From NCBI GenBank assembly GCA_002633005.1, contig NMRA01000052.1, positions 548,722 through 612,721 of the forward strand: DNA of 64,000 nt. Direction: 5' to 3'. Positions 42,701 through 62,860 of the stretch are shown here, piece after piece. The notes beneath the pieces were generated by a model, which did no database searches, had not been told where the DNA came from, and was given only the letters and a program-made list of their open reading frames with translations. The DNA is from Phoronis australis. Taxonomy: Eukaryota > Animalia > Phoronida. Position 1 is the stretch's first letter. Each line of letters begins with the position of its first letter. A program made the translations under genes and the position numbers.

Positions 42701-45700
42701 AATCCCACTTCCATTGACCCAATCCACTTCCTTGCCCCAACAAAACTAGGTTCCTTGTCACCTATATCAACCAGTGCCTACAAACAAAATGAAACAAACT
42801 TCAGCTCTGGAGACTGAAAATCAAGTCCTTTGAAAAACAGAGACAAACCATTAATTTACTCATCTTTTTAAGAAAAAATAGCTAAATTGTTACAGATTCA
42901 TTGCTGAGTTTCATTGTAGATGGAAATGATTCAACTGCAAATCAAAGCGTCTATCAGTATCAAGAGCAATACTTGACCTGTCTATTTGCCAGACGTGAAA
43001 AATAACAGTACAAGGTGTTAAACTTAAGCTGTTTTTGCTTCAACTTTTAAAATTTAATTAAGAGAACCAAGAAGGTAAAACACTATCACAAGCATTAAAG
43101 CATATTTAAAAGAAATAGTTACGAGCATTTCTGGGCTTCTGGTTACAAACCCTACAAGGAAAATTGGAACAACCAGGGGCATTTTGCCTCTAAGTTTGAG
43201 TTAAATTGAACCCTAGTACCATTAAACGCAACCATAGCAATGACTTACGTTGACATTACATACTTGTCACAAAAAAGTTTTGAACCAACTGATTAAATTC
43301 ACTCAGTAGAAATGGAAGTTCAGCATTATCTTTTCAACTTTCCAATTATTTTACCATACAATAACAAACTGAAGAGAAACTCAGTTACATCAGCCAACCT
43401 GTTGTATCTCTTTGTGCGAGGGAATGGGTTTATCTGTGTAGCCCTGAAGTTTGAACCACGAGATGAGTGTCTGCAGCGACCTGTAGGCACAGCCCCACCT
43501 ATTGTCGTCAAACTTGTCCTGCATGTAGTGGTGGTAGCTATAGCGACCGTATACCAAGCTAGGCTTACCATCCTTCACTGTAAGGTGAAGAAAAAGATTG
43601 AGGTACATCACGACAATGACTATGTACAGCTTATTTGCGCGGTTGCCATTTTAAAAGTGAGCCTCTTTATGAGTTTTAAAATCAACACATTCTGCGCTTA
43701 ATCACAGCGCAAAACGTGATTTTTTTCGTGTGCCTTGCTACATTTATGTCTCAAATGCATTGCTTTTTTAAACCTAAAGAGGCTCACTACTAAAATTGCG
43801 ACTGTGTGAATAAGGTTATACATTGCAGCCTTGACTGAAAAGTGAGAAATAAGCCAAAAGGAAACATTAAAAACAATAAAAAGTAGCAGACTAGATTATC
43901 ACTTCTTCACTTTCCTTGGCTACAACATGTACTGTGTAAACAAATTGGAACGATTGCATTTGATGGAAAAACGGAACATGGTTGTAAACTTTGCCATTGA
44001 TCACAGAGTGAAGTGAAGAGTAACGACTTCGAAACTAACAGTGAACGAACCGAGATCGGTAGTTTTCACTACAAGATACAAAATTAAGAATCGGAAGAAA
44101 AACAGGCGCAAAGAGTGGGCACATTTGAAGCTCAGACGACTGTACTTGACAATAAATGACATGGTCAAACAGTGCAAAAAATGAAACAAAAATACTGTCT
44201 CAGATGAGATGGTGCTCCTTGACAGCAAAGTAAAGGGATTCTAGTCATCAACAAATCGACCTATCGCAAGCTCCGCCATGTTGCAAAAAGTTGACAAACA
44301 AACATTAAATTTACCCGACAACGTGTTGCTTGTTGGGTAAAATGGCAGCTTAGAAACGAAGGTGTGTCAAGAATGCTGCATTCTGATAGGTCAGTTAAGC
44401 CATCACTCAAAATCCTGGCGATTGGTCAATTATCAGTGACTCTGGGACACAAATGAAAGAATATTGGTAAAACACTGGTAACTAGACTAGCACCAGATTT
44501 CGTCGTTTACCCTACCGCGCACTCTACGTTATCCCTTAGGATGATGTGGAATGGAAACTGCTTGAAGGTTTCTTGACTTGCGATCGGCCTCCATGTGTTT
44601 TAATGCACCTATTTGGTAGGATCACAAGATGTATACAAGGTACAAACCTCCAGATGGTCGCAGGCCTTCATGCGGATTAATGAGATAACCTCCCCGTTTT
44701 GTTTCATCTCGGAATGCAAAGGCATTACTTCGCCGCAGCAGTGGCCGATCCAAAGGCAAGTTGTAAGTTTCATGTAGCGCTTGTCTCACAGGCTCTGAAA
44801 GTCCAATTAAAACTGAATGATGTCACAACATAAAATGCTGCATTTTAGATCAAAAAGGCATAGTTGCATATGGTCTGTTTTTTTTTGAAAACTGATTCGG
44901 AGGTATGTAATTTTTTCTGGTTGCCCACTTTTTAAAAAAAGACAATATGCTGGAGACAAGCAAAAATGACGTGAGATATGTTTTTTTCTACTTATCGCTA
45001 GGTGAATGACAGTGTTTCAAACCTTTCTTACCTGCCTTTGTGCAGCTTTTCCAAAAAAAAACACAATACTTTTGGCTGAAATTGATGTTATCGAGTGTTT
45101 TTTAGTCCCGTGAGCCCAGATCTCAGAATGAATCCAGGTAGAGACCAGAATCAACTATGCTTTATTGGCCTTACACAAAGATTAAACAGTGAAAAATTAC
45201 ATTATAATCATCAAAAAAAAATATTTTTGTAAATTCATAAACAATTCATTTGGTTTTTCCCTCTAAAACAACACATTTCAACCTGAATATGCACATATTC
45301 TTTCGACATAAAGTCACCCCTAACACACGAACTTGGTTAAAAAAGAAGTACATCTTGACAATACCAATAAAAACACAGACAAAGATATGAAAGCGCTCTG
45401 AGGAGCGAAACTTGGCGAAATTAACCAAAAAAAACAAGTTCGAGAGGACGAGAAAAGACGACGACAGAGATGATGACGAAGATGACAGCTATGACGACGA
45501 TGGTGGCGATGATGGACAACCCTAGTTATGATATCATTCATATAACGAACGTAGAGGTCAGAAATCACTGAGAAATAGGCTACAGTCTTGAGCGACACTT
45601 GGCGAAATTAACTGAAGAAAAGACGACGTCGGAGATGATGACGAAGATGACGAATATGATGATGGTGGTGGCCATGATGAAGAACATNTAGATCAAAAAG

Positions 45701-48700
45701 GCATAGTTGCATCTGGTCTGTTTTTTTTTTTTTGAAAACTGATTCGGAGGTATGTAATTTTTTCTAGTTGCCCACTTTTTAAAAAAAGAGAATATGCCGG
45801 AGACAAGCAAAAATGACGTGAGATATGTTTTTTCTACTCATCGCTTGGTAAATGACAGTGTTTCAAACCTTTCTTACATGCCTTTGTGCAGCTTTTCCAA
45901 AAGAACACGATACTTTTGGCTGAAATTGATGTTATCCAGTGTTTTTAGTCCGGTAAGTCCAGATCTCAGAATGAATCCAGGTAGAGACCAGAATCAACTA
46001 TGCTTTATTGGCCTAACACAAAGACTAGTGAGACAAGGGAAATATAAACAGTGAAAAAATACATTTTAACCATCAACAAAAATATATTTTTGTAAATTCA
46101 TAAACAAGTCATTTGGTTTTTTCCTCTAAAACAACACATTTCAACCTGAATATGCACATATTCTTTCAACATAAAGTCACCCCTAACACATCAACACATA
46201 CCTAACTGGTCCTCACTTTCTAATGTTGGATACATCAACACATACCTAACTGGCCCTCAGTTTCCGATGTTGGATACATCAACACATACCTAACTGGTCC
46301 TCAGTTTCTGATGTTGGATACATCAACACATACCTAACTGGTCCTCACTTTCTAATGTTGGATACATCAACACATACCTAACTGGCCCTCAGTTTCCGAT
46401 GTTGGATACATCAACACATACCTAACTGGTCCTCAGCTTCTGATGCTGGATAAATGATGCTAATGAACTTGTTGTTCAGTCTGAAGTGGAATACTTGTGG
46501 ACACTGGAACTTTTCTTCCTGAAATATGAGAAGTTGGTCATTTACCCACCACCTTATATATAAGAAGATTACATTCAAATAAAATTACCACATGTGTACG
46601 TAATTATGAGCACTGTTGTTTTTGTGTTTATTAAATTCAACATTTCTGCAGTGTTTAGGCAGGGCTGCATTATTGTGTCATTTGATGTAATTAAGTTAAA
46701 GAACACGCCTAGTCCTATCGAATTTATGGGTAGGTAATCTCAGACGCAATATTGGAAGTAAAACAAGAAAAATAAAGAAATGAAAATCAGCATGCAGTTT
46801 TACTTCTTGAATATCCACCCCAAATTTTCTAATGTATGTTGCGCATTGTTATGTGCAAGTGTAGATTTCTGCGCCGTGTTCAAGAACCCTGAAAAACTAA
46901 ACAAAACGGAAAATTTTGGAAAGGGCTACGCTGGACCCCAGTATTTGAGAGTGGAGAGCAAACACTGGTTTCTGAGATATGAAAGACGCAATGAAATATG
47001 AGCTGCACACAGTTCACATAGAACATTGACTTGACCAGTGAATTCTAGCTTGTGACACTTGAGTTTAAAACTCGGACTGGCTGGCAGGTTGCAAGCTTCT
47101 CTGTGCTGAGTCACAACTTGAGTGTACAGTAGGGAGGAGATGTAGTGTGAAAGTGTTGAGGGCACTCAGGGAAAGCAGTGCACAGCACTAATGAAATTAC
47201 CCTCATTCAAAAAACTTCCAAAAATTTTTCTAAAATGCTTGGGGTACTTGTTCACAAGCCAAATTCAAAAGCTATGTGCATACTCTGTTCTACCTTATGG
47301 TATGTCCACATGTTCTTTTCCATTTCACTAAGTTGACTACAGGCGCCATCTGCCAGCAGTTTGCTGAGGCTGGCCAATGGTTCATCAGCACCAACTGACA
47401 CCAGCACGTCTAGTGGAAGGGTCAAGTTAATGTTCTTAAACTCTCCTGCAAAATTGTCATCAAACATATAGCAATAACATAGATAAAAACAGTCCAGACA
47501 TTTTAGGTGTACGCAAAATGTTGTATCAGTCAGCCACCTCTGTAGAGAAGGAGAACAAATTACAAAACAGCTGATCAGACAAATCATGTGCACATATGAT
47601 CATTGTCTTTTTCACCGATGACAGCTAAGACACACAGCGCTTAATAGGATGGCGTAGGTTACAACGCAACAGAATTACACCCAGTGTGTTCTAAAGCACA
47701 TGGAATGAAAATTGAAAAGCATAAGCTTGCAGTTCAGGATGGCGTAAAATTAATAGATTAAAAAAACGTAACGTAACATTGAAAGCTTTTGGGTAACTGG
47801 AACCACAACATCTATAAATCAAATGACAGCATGCTGCGTGAATCTATAATCAGTTGTTCACTTGACACGTACTGTGTTCATGATGAATTATGGGTGCACA
47901 ACTTGGCCCTCTCTTCACAGCCTCAGTGCCTGTCATACGGAACAACATTGATACTTTGATGGGATCCTGTAAGTAGATATTTAACTGACATTCAGTATTC
48001 TCATTTTGATTGCTTCCTTTCCAATCACACTGCAACCCACATTAGTGACGACAACAATAACTGAAATTTATTGCAGCAATTACAAGTGATTATGTTGATA
48101 ATAAATTAATATCAATTACAACACATCTTTAATAGCATGACATCTGACTGTAACAATGATACCCACTTGACAGTCACCTGCTTTCGACCTGGTCATGATG
48201 CCGTCCCCGTTTCCTGCATCGATATGAGTGGCCAGCTTTCCACAGGGTTCTGATAAATTAACCGATTTTGGGTGCACCTTCTCTGGCTGGACCACATCTA
48301 GCACTACATTGCTGTTCAACACGTGGAAAACAGTCACACTCGACTGAATCTTGTCACAGTAGGTGGCGACCTCACATCTCAAGTTCTCTTTCAATTTGTC
48401 TGAAATTGTGCAAAACAGAAATTCAGATCTGAACACTTTTTGATCAATCAGATCCAAGACGAATGTGCGCAGCAATTCTGAGAATACACACAAAATTTAT
48501 ACTTGCAGAACAACCAAAATATTCACTTTTCTTAAAAAAAAATTAACCTTGAAACAATCAAGCTAGATTTGCAAAAGGTAAATAATAGACATAGTTTACT
48601 CCATTGAATAACAGTAAAACTTTTTATGTTATCCATGGAATATTTTACTAAACTCATTAAAAATTGTGAAACTGGAATCATATAATAAGATAGTAGAGTA

Positions 48701-48779
48701 ACTTACCTGAATCTGAGGAATATTCAAATGATAAGTCTAAATAACTCTGTAGGCGTATTGTGACTTCCTTCCCCTCCAT
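39796..48779 (-). CDS. UFSP2: Ufm1-specific protease 2; exons 48707-48779, 48167-48399, 47873-47966, 47294-47445, 46422-46518, 44648-44794, 43399-43577, 42679-42777, 42047-42149, 40500-40624, 39796-39882
   Basis: Peptidase C78 motifs YHHYMQD...[10 protein letters not shown] (catalytic Cys), [25 protein letters not shown] (Asp-Pro-His), GWCGWK...[11 protein letters not shown]-terminal [11 protein letters not shown] resembles human RIRGGLDLAF. All phases are consistent. Confidence 0.95.
43621..43823. mobile_element. MITE with long imperfect TIRs in a UFSP2 intron
   Basis: AGTGAGCCTCTTTA vs TAAAGAGGCTCACT with flanking imperfect complementarity. Confidence 0.55.
44847..46190. repeat. Direct duplication of ~480-500 bp (44847-45327 and 45689-46190) separated by GAT/GAC-rich repeats and an N
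   Basis: Both copies start TAGATCAAAAAGGCATAGTTGCAT and end AAGTCACCCCTAACACA. Confidence 0.85.
46189..46452. repeat. 44-bp minisatellite, 6 units, overlapping a UFSP2 exon end and donor
   Basis: Unit CATCAACACATACCTAACTGGTCCTCAGTTTCTGATGTTGGATA. Confidence 0.92.
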
Positions 48780-51297
48780 AGTTGAAAACTGACTTATTCA
48801 CACATTGGTGATATGTGAGTGAAAAACAGCCTGAAATAACAACCAACACAAGTGAGAGGTGAACTAGGAACTATTTTTTGTTCCTTATTTCCAAGAAATT
48901 GAGAAAACAAACACACAATTTGTAAATGTATGTACTTATGTACTGTGTTAAGTAGGAAATTCCCAACTTCATATATTAAGGAATTTTCTCCTACGCCTAG
49001 AGAACATGCTTTTTACACTTGTCTAATAAAAAACATAAGTTACAAAGTGGATCAGTTGCTCAATGTTTCGGAAAGTTGAAATTTCACTCCATTTTATGAC
49101 CAAAACATATACGAAATTAACTCTCACAAATTTGTTTCAACGTTTCCTTTGCACTGGAACTGAAAGGTCACGAGCTAGACTCGGAAAGGCCCAATTATGG
49201 ACGTGATGGACAAACCCACCATAAGTGATGGCCATGAATGATATATATATATTTGAGGATGAAAATTCAATTTTTATCATGGTGTGTAATAAACAGAGGT
49301 CTCCCGTTTGTACTGCCTCCTCTTGCCTTGGCTGTGACCTCTCTACATTTCCGCTTGACCTTGAGTACATTATAAGTAATGGAGGTCATTTGTAATATTC
49401 ATCAACAATTGAAAGGAGGTATTATAAAAATTCGTGATTAGTGAGTATTTGATTGATTTGGGAGGATTTAATGACATCTATGGGCTCCAAATGTGTCCCT
49501 CTAACGTCGGAAAGTAATAACTGCAACGCGAGTTAGATTGTTTCGCCATGGAGATGCATGATTTGCAGAAAATCTTCTTGACATATTGTTAGGTCATTAT
49601 AAGGATGTGCCAACGCCAAGGTTCTTGGAGTGAAAAAGATTGAAACATCATTAGTGTAACCTGTCTTTCGTTGAGTAACATGTCTACACTGTCACTGATG
49701 ACCCAAGCCTACAGTAGACGACTGACTGGTACAGACTTCAGTCAGCTTTGTACCACGGCTATGATTATGATGAGCCGAGCACCGGACAGCGTCTGAAAAG
49801 GCACATATGTATAAAAGAACTTTTCTGTTACTTTAAAAGGAAAAGGTTTGCACAATTGAATATACCGATCACTCCAGCTGCTACAATCGCATTGCCTCTC
49901 TACAACGTCTACCAAAACTTCGTTCCCCAACCGGATACGACACTTCGAAAATAACCATACGATTATTTCCGCGGCACAACAAAACGAAACGGGAACGAAC
50001 GATAAACCAACGAAACCAAAAGTTTTATATAGAAAAAGAATACCCTTGACGCAATCATATTTACATCTGGGTATTTCCGTAACCGCAACGAAGTATAGTT
50101 GAGCTGTTCGGAATGAAATAATCCGGAACAAATGACGGAATTACCCGAGGTGTTCCACATGGCGCCAAAGATACTATATCTTTGGTAACCATAAAATCTC
50201 AGTTTGGCGGCGCCAGCCATGAGAGCAACCAAGGAAGAAAAAGACACGGACGAAAAAATAAGTCCCGTCTATTTTCCTTGTTTTTTTCTTCGAACCCCGG
50301 GTGTCAGTATATAGGCCTACTCCCAAGGCGGCTAGGCCTGATGATAAAACGCTTTAAATTTAATTTATCCCACTCATTGAGAAAGAGAGTTGACTCGAAA
50401 AAACGTCCCCACGCCAGAAACCGTAGTCGGCCGCGCGTTCATGATTCTGCACCATGCACTTCGTCAGTAGATTAATTTTGTACAAGTTGGAGCAAACCAA
50501 TAAAGTTACCCGACGTAGATGACCAGTTTCCGGCACGGCATAGGTCAGTCAAATTCATTTTTGTGATTTTTTGCAGCTGTTGGCTTGTGGAATTGAACTC
50601 CAAATGAAAACTTGTAGGATCATTTTTACTAGAGAAATAAGATTGGCCCAAATGTTCGTAAATCTCGTGTTTCGGTTGATCGTTGAGTAAGAGAATAGAC
50701 CCGTTTGGTTTTCGGGATCTATTTTTTAGTAATCGTGATCAAATAGCGGTGAATACTGAGAAGACTGACGGACCCAGCTGCGAGTCGCGATGTCGGACAA
50801 AAAAAATCTGATTTATCTTCGGGATTGGCAGAAACCGATGTCGTGCTGGGCGTGTTGGAACGGTTTAATCCGCTCTGTGCGTATGCGCATGTGACTTGTC
50901 CGTTGGAACTGAGGCGAATGAGGAAACTTGAGCAGTTCACTCAAATAATCACGCTCACGTTCAAGGAAATTTGCAATGCACTAATTCAAATTACATGTTA
51001 ATAAAATAATTTGGTAAAGTTCAACCAACCTTTTTTACTATTAGCGACCTGGCACCTTACAATTCGGTCACATACTATTCCTCCGATTCTGTGACACAAC
51101 TAAGTTACTGTACGGTAAATGGGAAAATAGATGATCGTGAGGCTATTACAAAAATTCTTCACACTGAACAAGATAAAAATCCCCTTATTGCCTTAATGAA
51201 TATTCAATTCCAAGTTCACGCATACGCGATCTTCAGATTAAGCAGGATTCCAAGTTCCCGTGCAGCAGTCCCACATACATAGGAATACCACTACTAT

Positions 51298-51381
51298 ATC
51301 CTATCGAGAATTCATTTCATCTGGGGATGTCCCAACGAGACCGACATTCCCAGATGAAACGAATTCTCACTTCGATGGGAT
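51298..51381. repeat. Near-perfect inverted repeat (small palindromic MITE-like)
   Basis: GAGAATTCATTTCATCTGGGGATGTC vs GACATTCCCAGATGAAACGAATTCTC. Confidence 0.65.
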
Positions 51382-53809
51382 AACACATAGCCGCGATGAT
51401 TTCACGGCAATATAACACTGCCGCCGGGGTTCACAAATTGATATTTCGTGTACAAACTGAGTAGTTTTCAAAATGCGATTTAGTTTCAAAAAGGTTTTAG
51501 CTAGTAGGGCCTAAGACATTCTGTTTTTGTTGGATTGTAACCTGATTACATATACATTGATCTACACGAATAAATAATAATAAAAAAAATAATTGCAGAC
51601 GGTCTGCTACACGTTGTACCAGACGTGCGCAGGCCTCGCACATGGGCCCGGCATTGCACTGCACTGACCTGGAAACATTTTTATGCTTTATTAACATAAG
51701 CAGGATCTCTTCCTGATATAAGGTTAAACCGAGCTGAGGAGCTAGAAAACTGGCTCAAGGGTTTAGCAGTGTGACCTAGTGAGACTCGAACCCACAACCT
51801 CGAGTAAAGAAATACACGAATAAACCTTAATGATTTTTACCCCAGTTAGAAACGTGGCAAAATTTAGTCAAAATATATCCACTACAGGTTTCGACTCTCT
51901 TGTACCCCTTTTAGAACTCGTTTCTAGTAGACTTGTCATGGCTTGCGAGTCGTAAGCGTTACCTGTCAAAAGACCGCGTGAGTGCTTAAAAACCAAACGG
52001 GCAAATTTTTATTTCGTAAGTTTTGTTCGGAAACACTACCCTTTCCATCCAGCGTGGTGGAGATAAACCGAGTTCACCATTCGCGTCTTTCGGCACCCAA
52101 ACGGATTCGTTCATTCTAAAAGCAACAGCAGGCGCGACTAAGTGTTACGACTTCCAGTGCCACAACACAGGATTGAGCTGTTTTTGATCTACCTGTCAAA
52201 CCATATTTTCTGGACCGATGGCGTTTCATTTGGAGCTCGGTACTATCGATGTTTGTGAATTTGGGGGGCTCGCGGGCAGAAGTGTGAGGCATCCGTGTTG
52301 TTGTAGTCTGCCTAGTCTGGTATATGGTAAATCGGCGATTCAAATTCAGTGTTGTTTGTATTTGCGACAAAAGCAAACTAAAGACGATAAAATATGTTTA
52401 TAGTGCACCGCCTTACACATGAATGTTGAATGTAATACTTTTTAGACCCATGCGTCATTTATAACCGCAGTGACCAATTCCATAACCAGGCTAAGTATTT
52501 CTCTGTGGAACAACAAAATATTTTTCAAACTCTAACCTCACACCATATGCAAAATGTAAATTGTGAATGTTAAGCCCTTTATGCAATGTAGAATTGTATT
52601 ATTTTGATCATTTCCTCCACTAACATTTGTATTTGTATAGTCATTCTTCACATTTTAGTCTCTTAAATAGCAGTTAGTAGAGACTTATTATTTGTATAGG
52701 TTATTAGCGTCTGTGCCGTAACGTGTATTTGACCGAAGTAAAATAGTTTTATTTACTTTACTCACATAGATTCTTACGAGTCTGAGATCTGTTCAAAAGT
52801 GATAGCACTGACAAAAGCTAGAGTACTAATTTCTGACAGAGTTGTGTGCGAAGACTAAAGCACAAGAGCTATACTTTATCTCCATTATTCTTTTTAAGAC
52901 ACGTTGTACGATTTGTGGTAAGATTGTCGACAGGTTCTCGTTTTTCGTAAAACGATTAAGACATGGGCGTATAACTATTTGGCGGGGGGGGGGCGGGTGA
53001 GTTGCCCCCAGATTCCAGAAGATACGAAAATTCGGGTAAAATAAGAAAAAGTTCGACCAGCAGAGCTTCTAAAGGAAAACACGATGGCATGGACTTAACA
53101 GAAGTAGCACTGAAGAAAAAATCTTTTGAAATTGAAATAAACTGAGATTAAAAGGAGAACTTGTGTTAACTATTCGCATGAGGAAATAGATGGAACATCG
53201 CAAAATATTTTCATCAAAGTTTACATCATCATTCAAGGCTAACATATGCAGTTTAAACAGACAAGACTAAAAACATGCAATAGCTCATGGTGGGATAACT
53301 TTGGAGTTCAGCAGACATTTCCAAAAGGTCATTAAAACGGAAAAACCACAACGCTGACATTTCATACTCACACATGCAGCCTTAGGATAGCTCCAAAAAA
53401 AGCCAGCCAGGTCATGTCCACCATAGTAAGGAACTACTGAAGACCAATTTTACAGCAGTAACGAGTTACTCAGTTTAAAATATCAATAGGGTAATATGCA
53501 TAAGAAAATTTTATGATCCAGTGAATCGTAGATTTTTGCTTTTATGTTTGTCCCCTTTCCACAATATATGAATAAACACTTGAAATATTGTTTTATTCGT
53601 TTCTTGATACACAAAATGAGATGGATGCTTCAGCCATTTCAAAACAATCACAATGATACCACTTCAATTAGACACCACACAATGCAGAACTCTGTTTTGT
53701 GAGTGAATGGCAAAGCACTAAATTATCATTACAATAATTAATGTTTCAGGTTAAAAAAATTATGAAGGCAGACATTAACTGACAAGACGTTAAACAAGTT
53801 GAATGATGC

Positions 53810-54784
53810 TTATGATTTTAATTGATACACAGAAACATTGCACGTTACATCAGACACCAGAACACAAGGTCCTTGCTCCATCACAGTGGACTCTATCCAG
53901 TTAACCTTTGACCCATGACTTATGACCCTCTTTGGTGTGATTGCAGACAATTCTGGGGCTGTGGGGGTTCTATTACTCAAATCCCAAATACACACATTAG
54001 AGTCATTACCCCCACTCACAAGACACTGTTCGAATCCCTCAACCTTAGGAAAATGCACCTGAGATACACCAACACTGTGGCCCTTTAACACCAGAATTAA
54101 AGAAAGCATTTTCTTGCTATTATCAAACACATGTATGTGCCCGTTTTCTAAACCACAAGCTAAAAGATTTGCTGTCTTGGAGACATCTATGGTATGTACT
54201 AGAGGCGGATTGACCATATATCCTGGTAATTCACAGTCAATTGCTGCTTCTTGCATATTGAAGATTTGTAGACTCTTTCCTCTAGAAAAATCACACCTGA
54301 ACACTCTGCAATCTAGCCCTGATGAGATCAACTCCCATGTTCTTTTGGGCCGAAACAAAACACAAGAGCATATACTGGTGTGTTTCCTAAGTGTTTTAAA
54401 AACTCTATTTTCCTGCAAATTGATGATTTTCACTTCTCCTGAATCATCACAAGATGCTAAGAATTCCTCCTTTTCGTTCAATGTGATATAGTTCACTTCT
54501 TCTTCATTGAATGAAAATTGGTTTTCTGGTGTATCAATATCCTTGGAGATATCAAAGACTAAAATCTTGTTACTGACACCGACATAAAGACAGCAGGGAT
54601 TTTTCTTTGAAAAATACAGTGCACTGACATCCTCAGTCAAGTTGTACTTTCGTAAAGGAGCACCATCTATATTCCACAAACACAACTCTCCATCTTCACC
54701 ACCAGTAGCAATAGTACCATTCTTGTTAGTTGAAATACAGAGAACTGTACTTGTGTGTTGTCCCTTTAGTTGCATGCAACTCAT
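53810..54784 (-). CDS. WDR53: WD40 repeat protein, WDR53-like (324 aa, single coding exon)
   Basis: Multiple GH...WD repeats; motifs FNEEEVN, LASCDDSGEVKII, KHTSICSCVLFRP, VNPPLVH, HGSKVNW recalled as typical of WDR53; TTTACAG acceptor directly before the ATG implies a 5'UTR intron. Confidence 0.85.
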   Translation of the reverse strand: MSCMQLKGQHTSTVLCISTNKNGTIATGGEDGELCLWNIDGAPLRKYNLTEDVSALYFSKKNPCCLYVGVSNKILVFDISKDIDTPENQFSFNEEEVNYITLNEKEEFLASCDDSGEVKIINLQENRVFKTLRKHTSICSCVLFRPKRTWELISSGLDCRVFRCDFSRGKSLQIFNMQEAAIDCELPGYMVNPPLVHTIDVSKTANLLACGLENGHIHVFDNSKKMLSLILVLKGHSVGVSQVHFPKVEGFEQCLVSGGNDSNVCIWDLSNRTPTAPELSAITPKRVISHGSKVNWIESTVMEQGPCVLVSDVTCNVSVYQLKS

Positions 54785-55090
54785 CTGTAAAACAAAATGA
54801 CACGGCTATAATATTATAACCTCTATCAATCATGTTCTGGTATCAGAAAAAAATTTCTTCACAGGCGTGTTTGTTCCTACAGTTACTTGAACTGAACAAG
54901 GTAGAACGCTTGGAATCCCTAATCCAGCGTGACAAAAAATGTAACGTGCCTACGTGTTCTGAAGCAGTAATGACCTGTCAGAATCCTTCCTGAAAAGGCA
55001 GCCAGGAAAAACGAGATCGATTTTGTAGCAGTATGAGTAAGTGGCCTAAATCAAAAGTTAACTTTTGACAGAAGATGACAGGGATTATTG

Positions 55091-55200
55091 TAGCCTTGGT
55101 ACAAAGCTGTATAATAAATACAGCTAGCTGGCTGGCTATATGAAGACTATCGCCAAAATACAGCCAGCTATATTTAATATACAGCTTTGTACCAAGGCTA
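55091..55200. mobile_element. Palindromic MITE
   Basis: 23-bp perfect TIR TAGCCTTGGTACAAAGCTGTATA / TATACAGCTTTGTACCAAGGCTA. Confidence 0.75.
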
Positions 55201-55599
55201 GTCTTCATGCACCTAGCTGGCTGGCTAGGATTATTGCTGGCTTGCATTGCAGGCCATCAACTTCAGTCACATAGCTACAGATTGACAGGCAACTGAGTAG
55301 ATCGTCGATGCGTGTGATAGCGTCGAGTAAACAGAGCCACTGGGGTGTCATTTAGACCTGTGGTTGTGACTGCATGCGCAGTGCATTGGTTTTGCCTTGC
55401 CGTTTACACAGCCACAGGCACTTTCATCAGCCGTTCGACGTTATACTGAAATACAGAGATAGTATCCATTTAGGGAACATGTAGCCACTTACACTGGACT
55501 TATACTATAATATAAGTCGAAACACATGGATTTCTAAACGGCAACGATGACATATGATTCAGTATCTATAGATGGTCTGTGTGTGAATGGATTTTGTAA

Positions 55600-55937
55600 T
55601 CCTTACATGGGCCACAAGATAGCGCCTTCTTCACATCCTTCAAATACAGTATTGCTGTGTTTTCGAAGATTTTTCATGTTTATAACTAACAAAAATATCT
55701 CCATAGATCCTTCTGCTTCAAATACATGTTTCTATTACATTTTTGTCAGTGAAAATGGAAAAGGATTTTAAACGTTGTAACCATTATTTTTATTGTAGTC
55801 GTTTCCTTGGCGTTCAGAAATCTCGTGACACTTCCGCCCTACAAGAGTTGTTTTTGTGGAGTTGGAAGGTATCGCGTAAATGCTGCTGATATCAGTGGAA
55901 ATTTACAAAACTATTCCCCAGTATGTCACGAAATACA
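55600..55937. promoter_or_regulatory. Bidirectional promoter region WDR53 (-) / RRAG (+)
   Basis: Divergent genes; ETS/GC-box-like CACTTCCGCCC at ~55829-55839; minus-strand GTAAG donors at ~55490 and ~55605 suggest WDR53 UTR exons. Confidence 0.45.

Positions 55938-62860
<6,923 letters not shown>

Noticed and set aside
46189-46452. CRISPR-like array (also 59814-60093)
   Set aside because: No unique spacers; eukaryotic minisatellites
49137-50475. Several ORFs upstream of UFSP2 as an N-terminal extension or separate gene
   Set aside because: An in-frame TGA precedes the UFSP2 ATG and no recognisable protein motifs were found; likely 5'UTR/promoter
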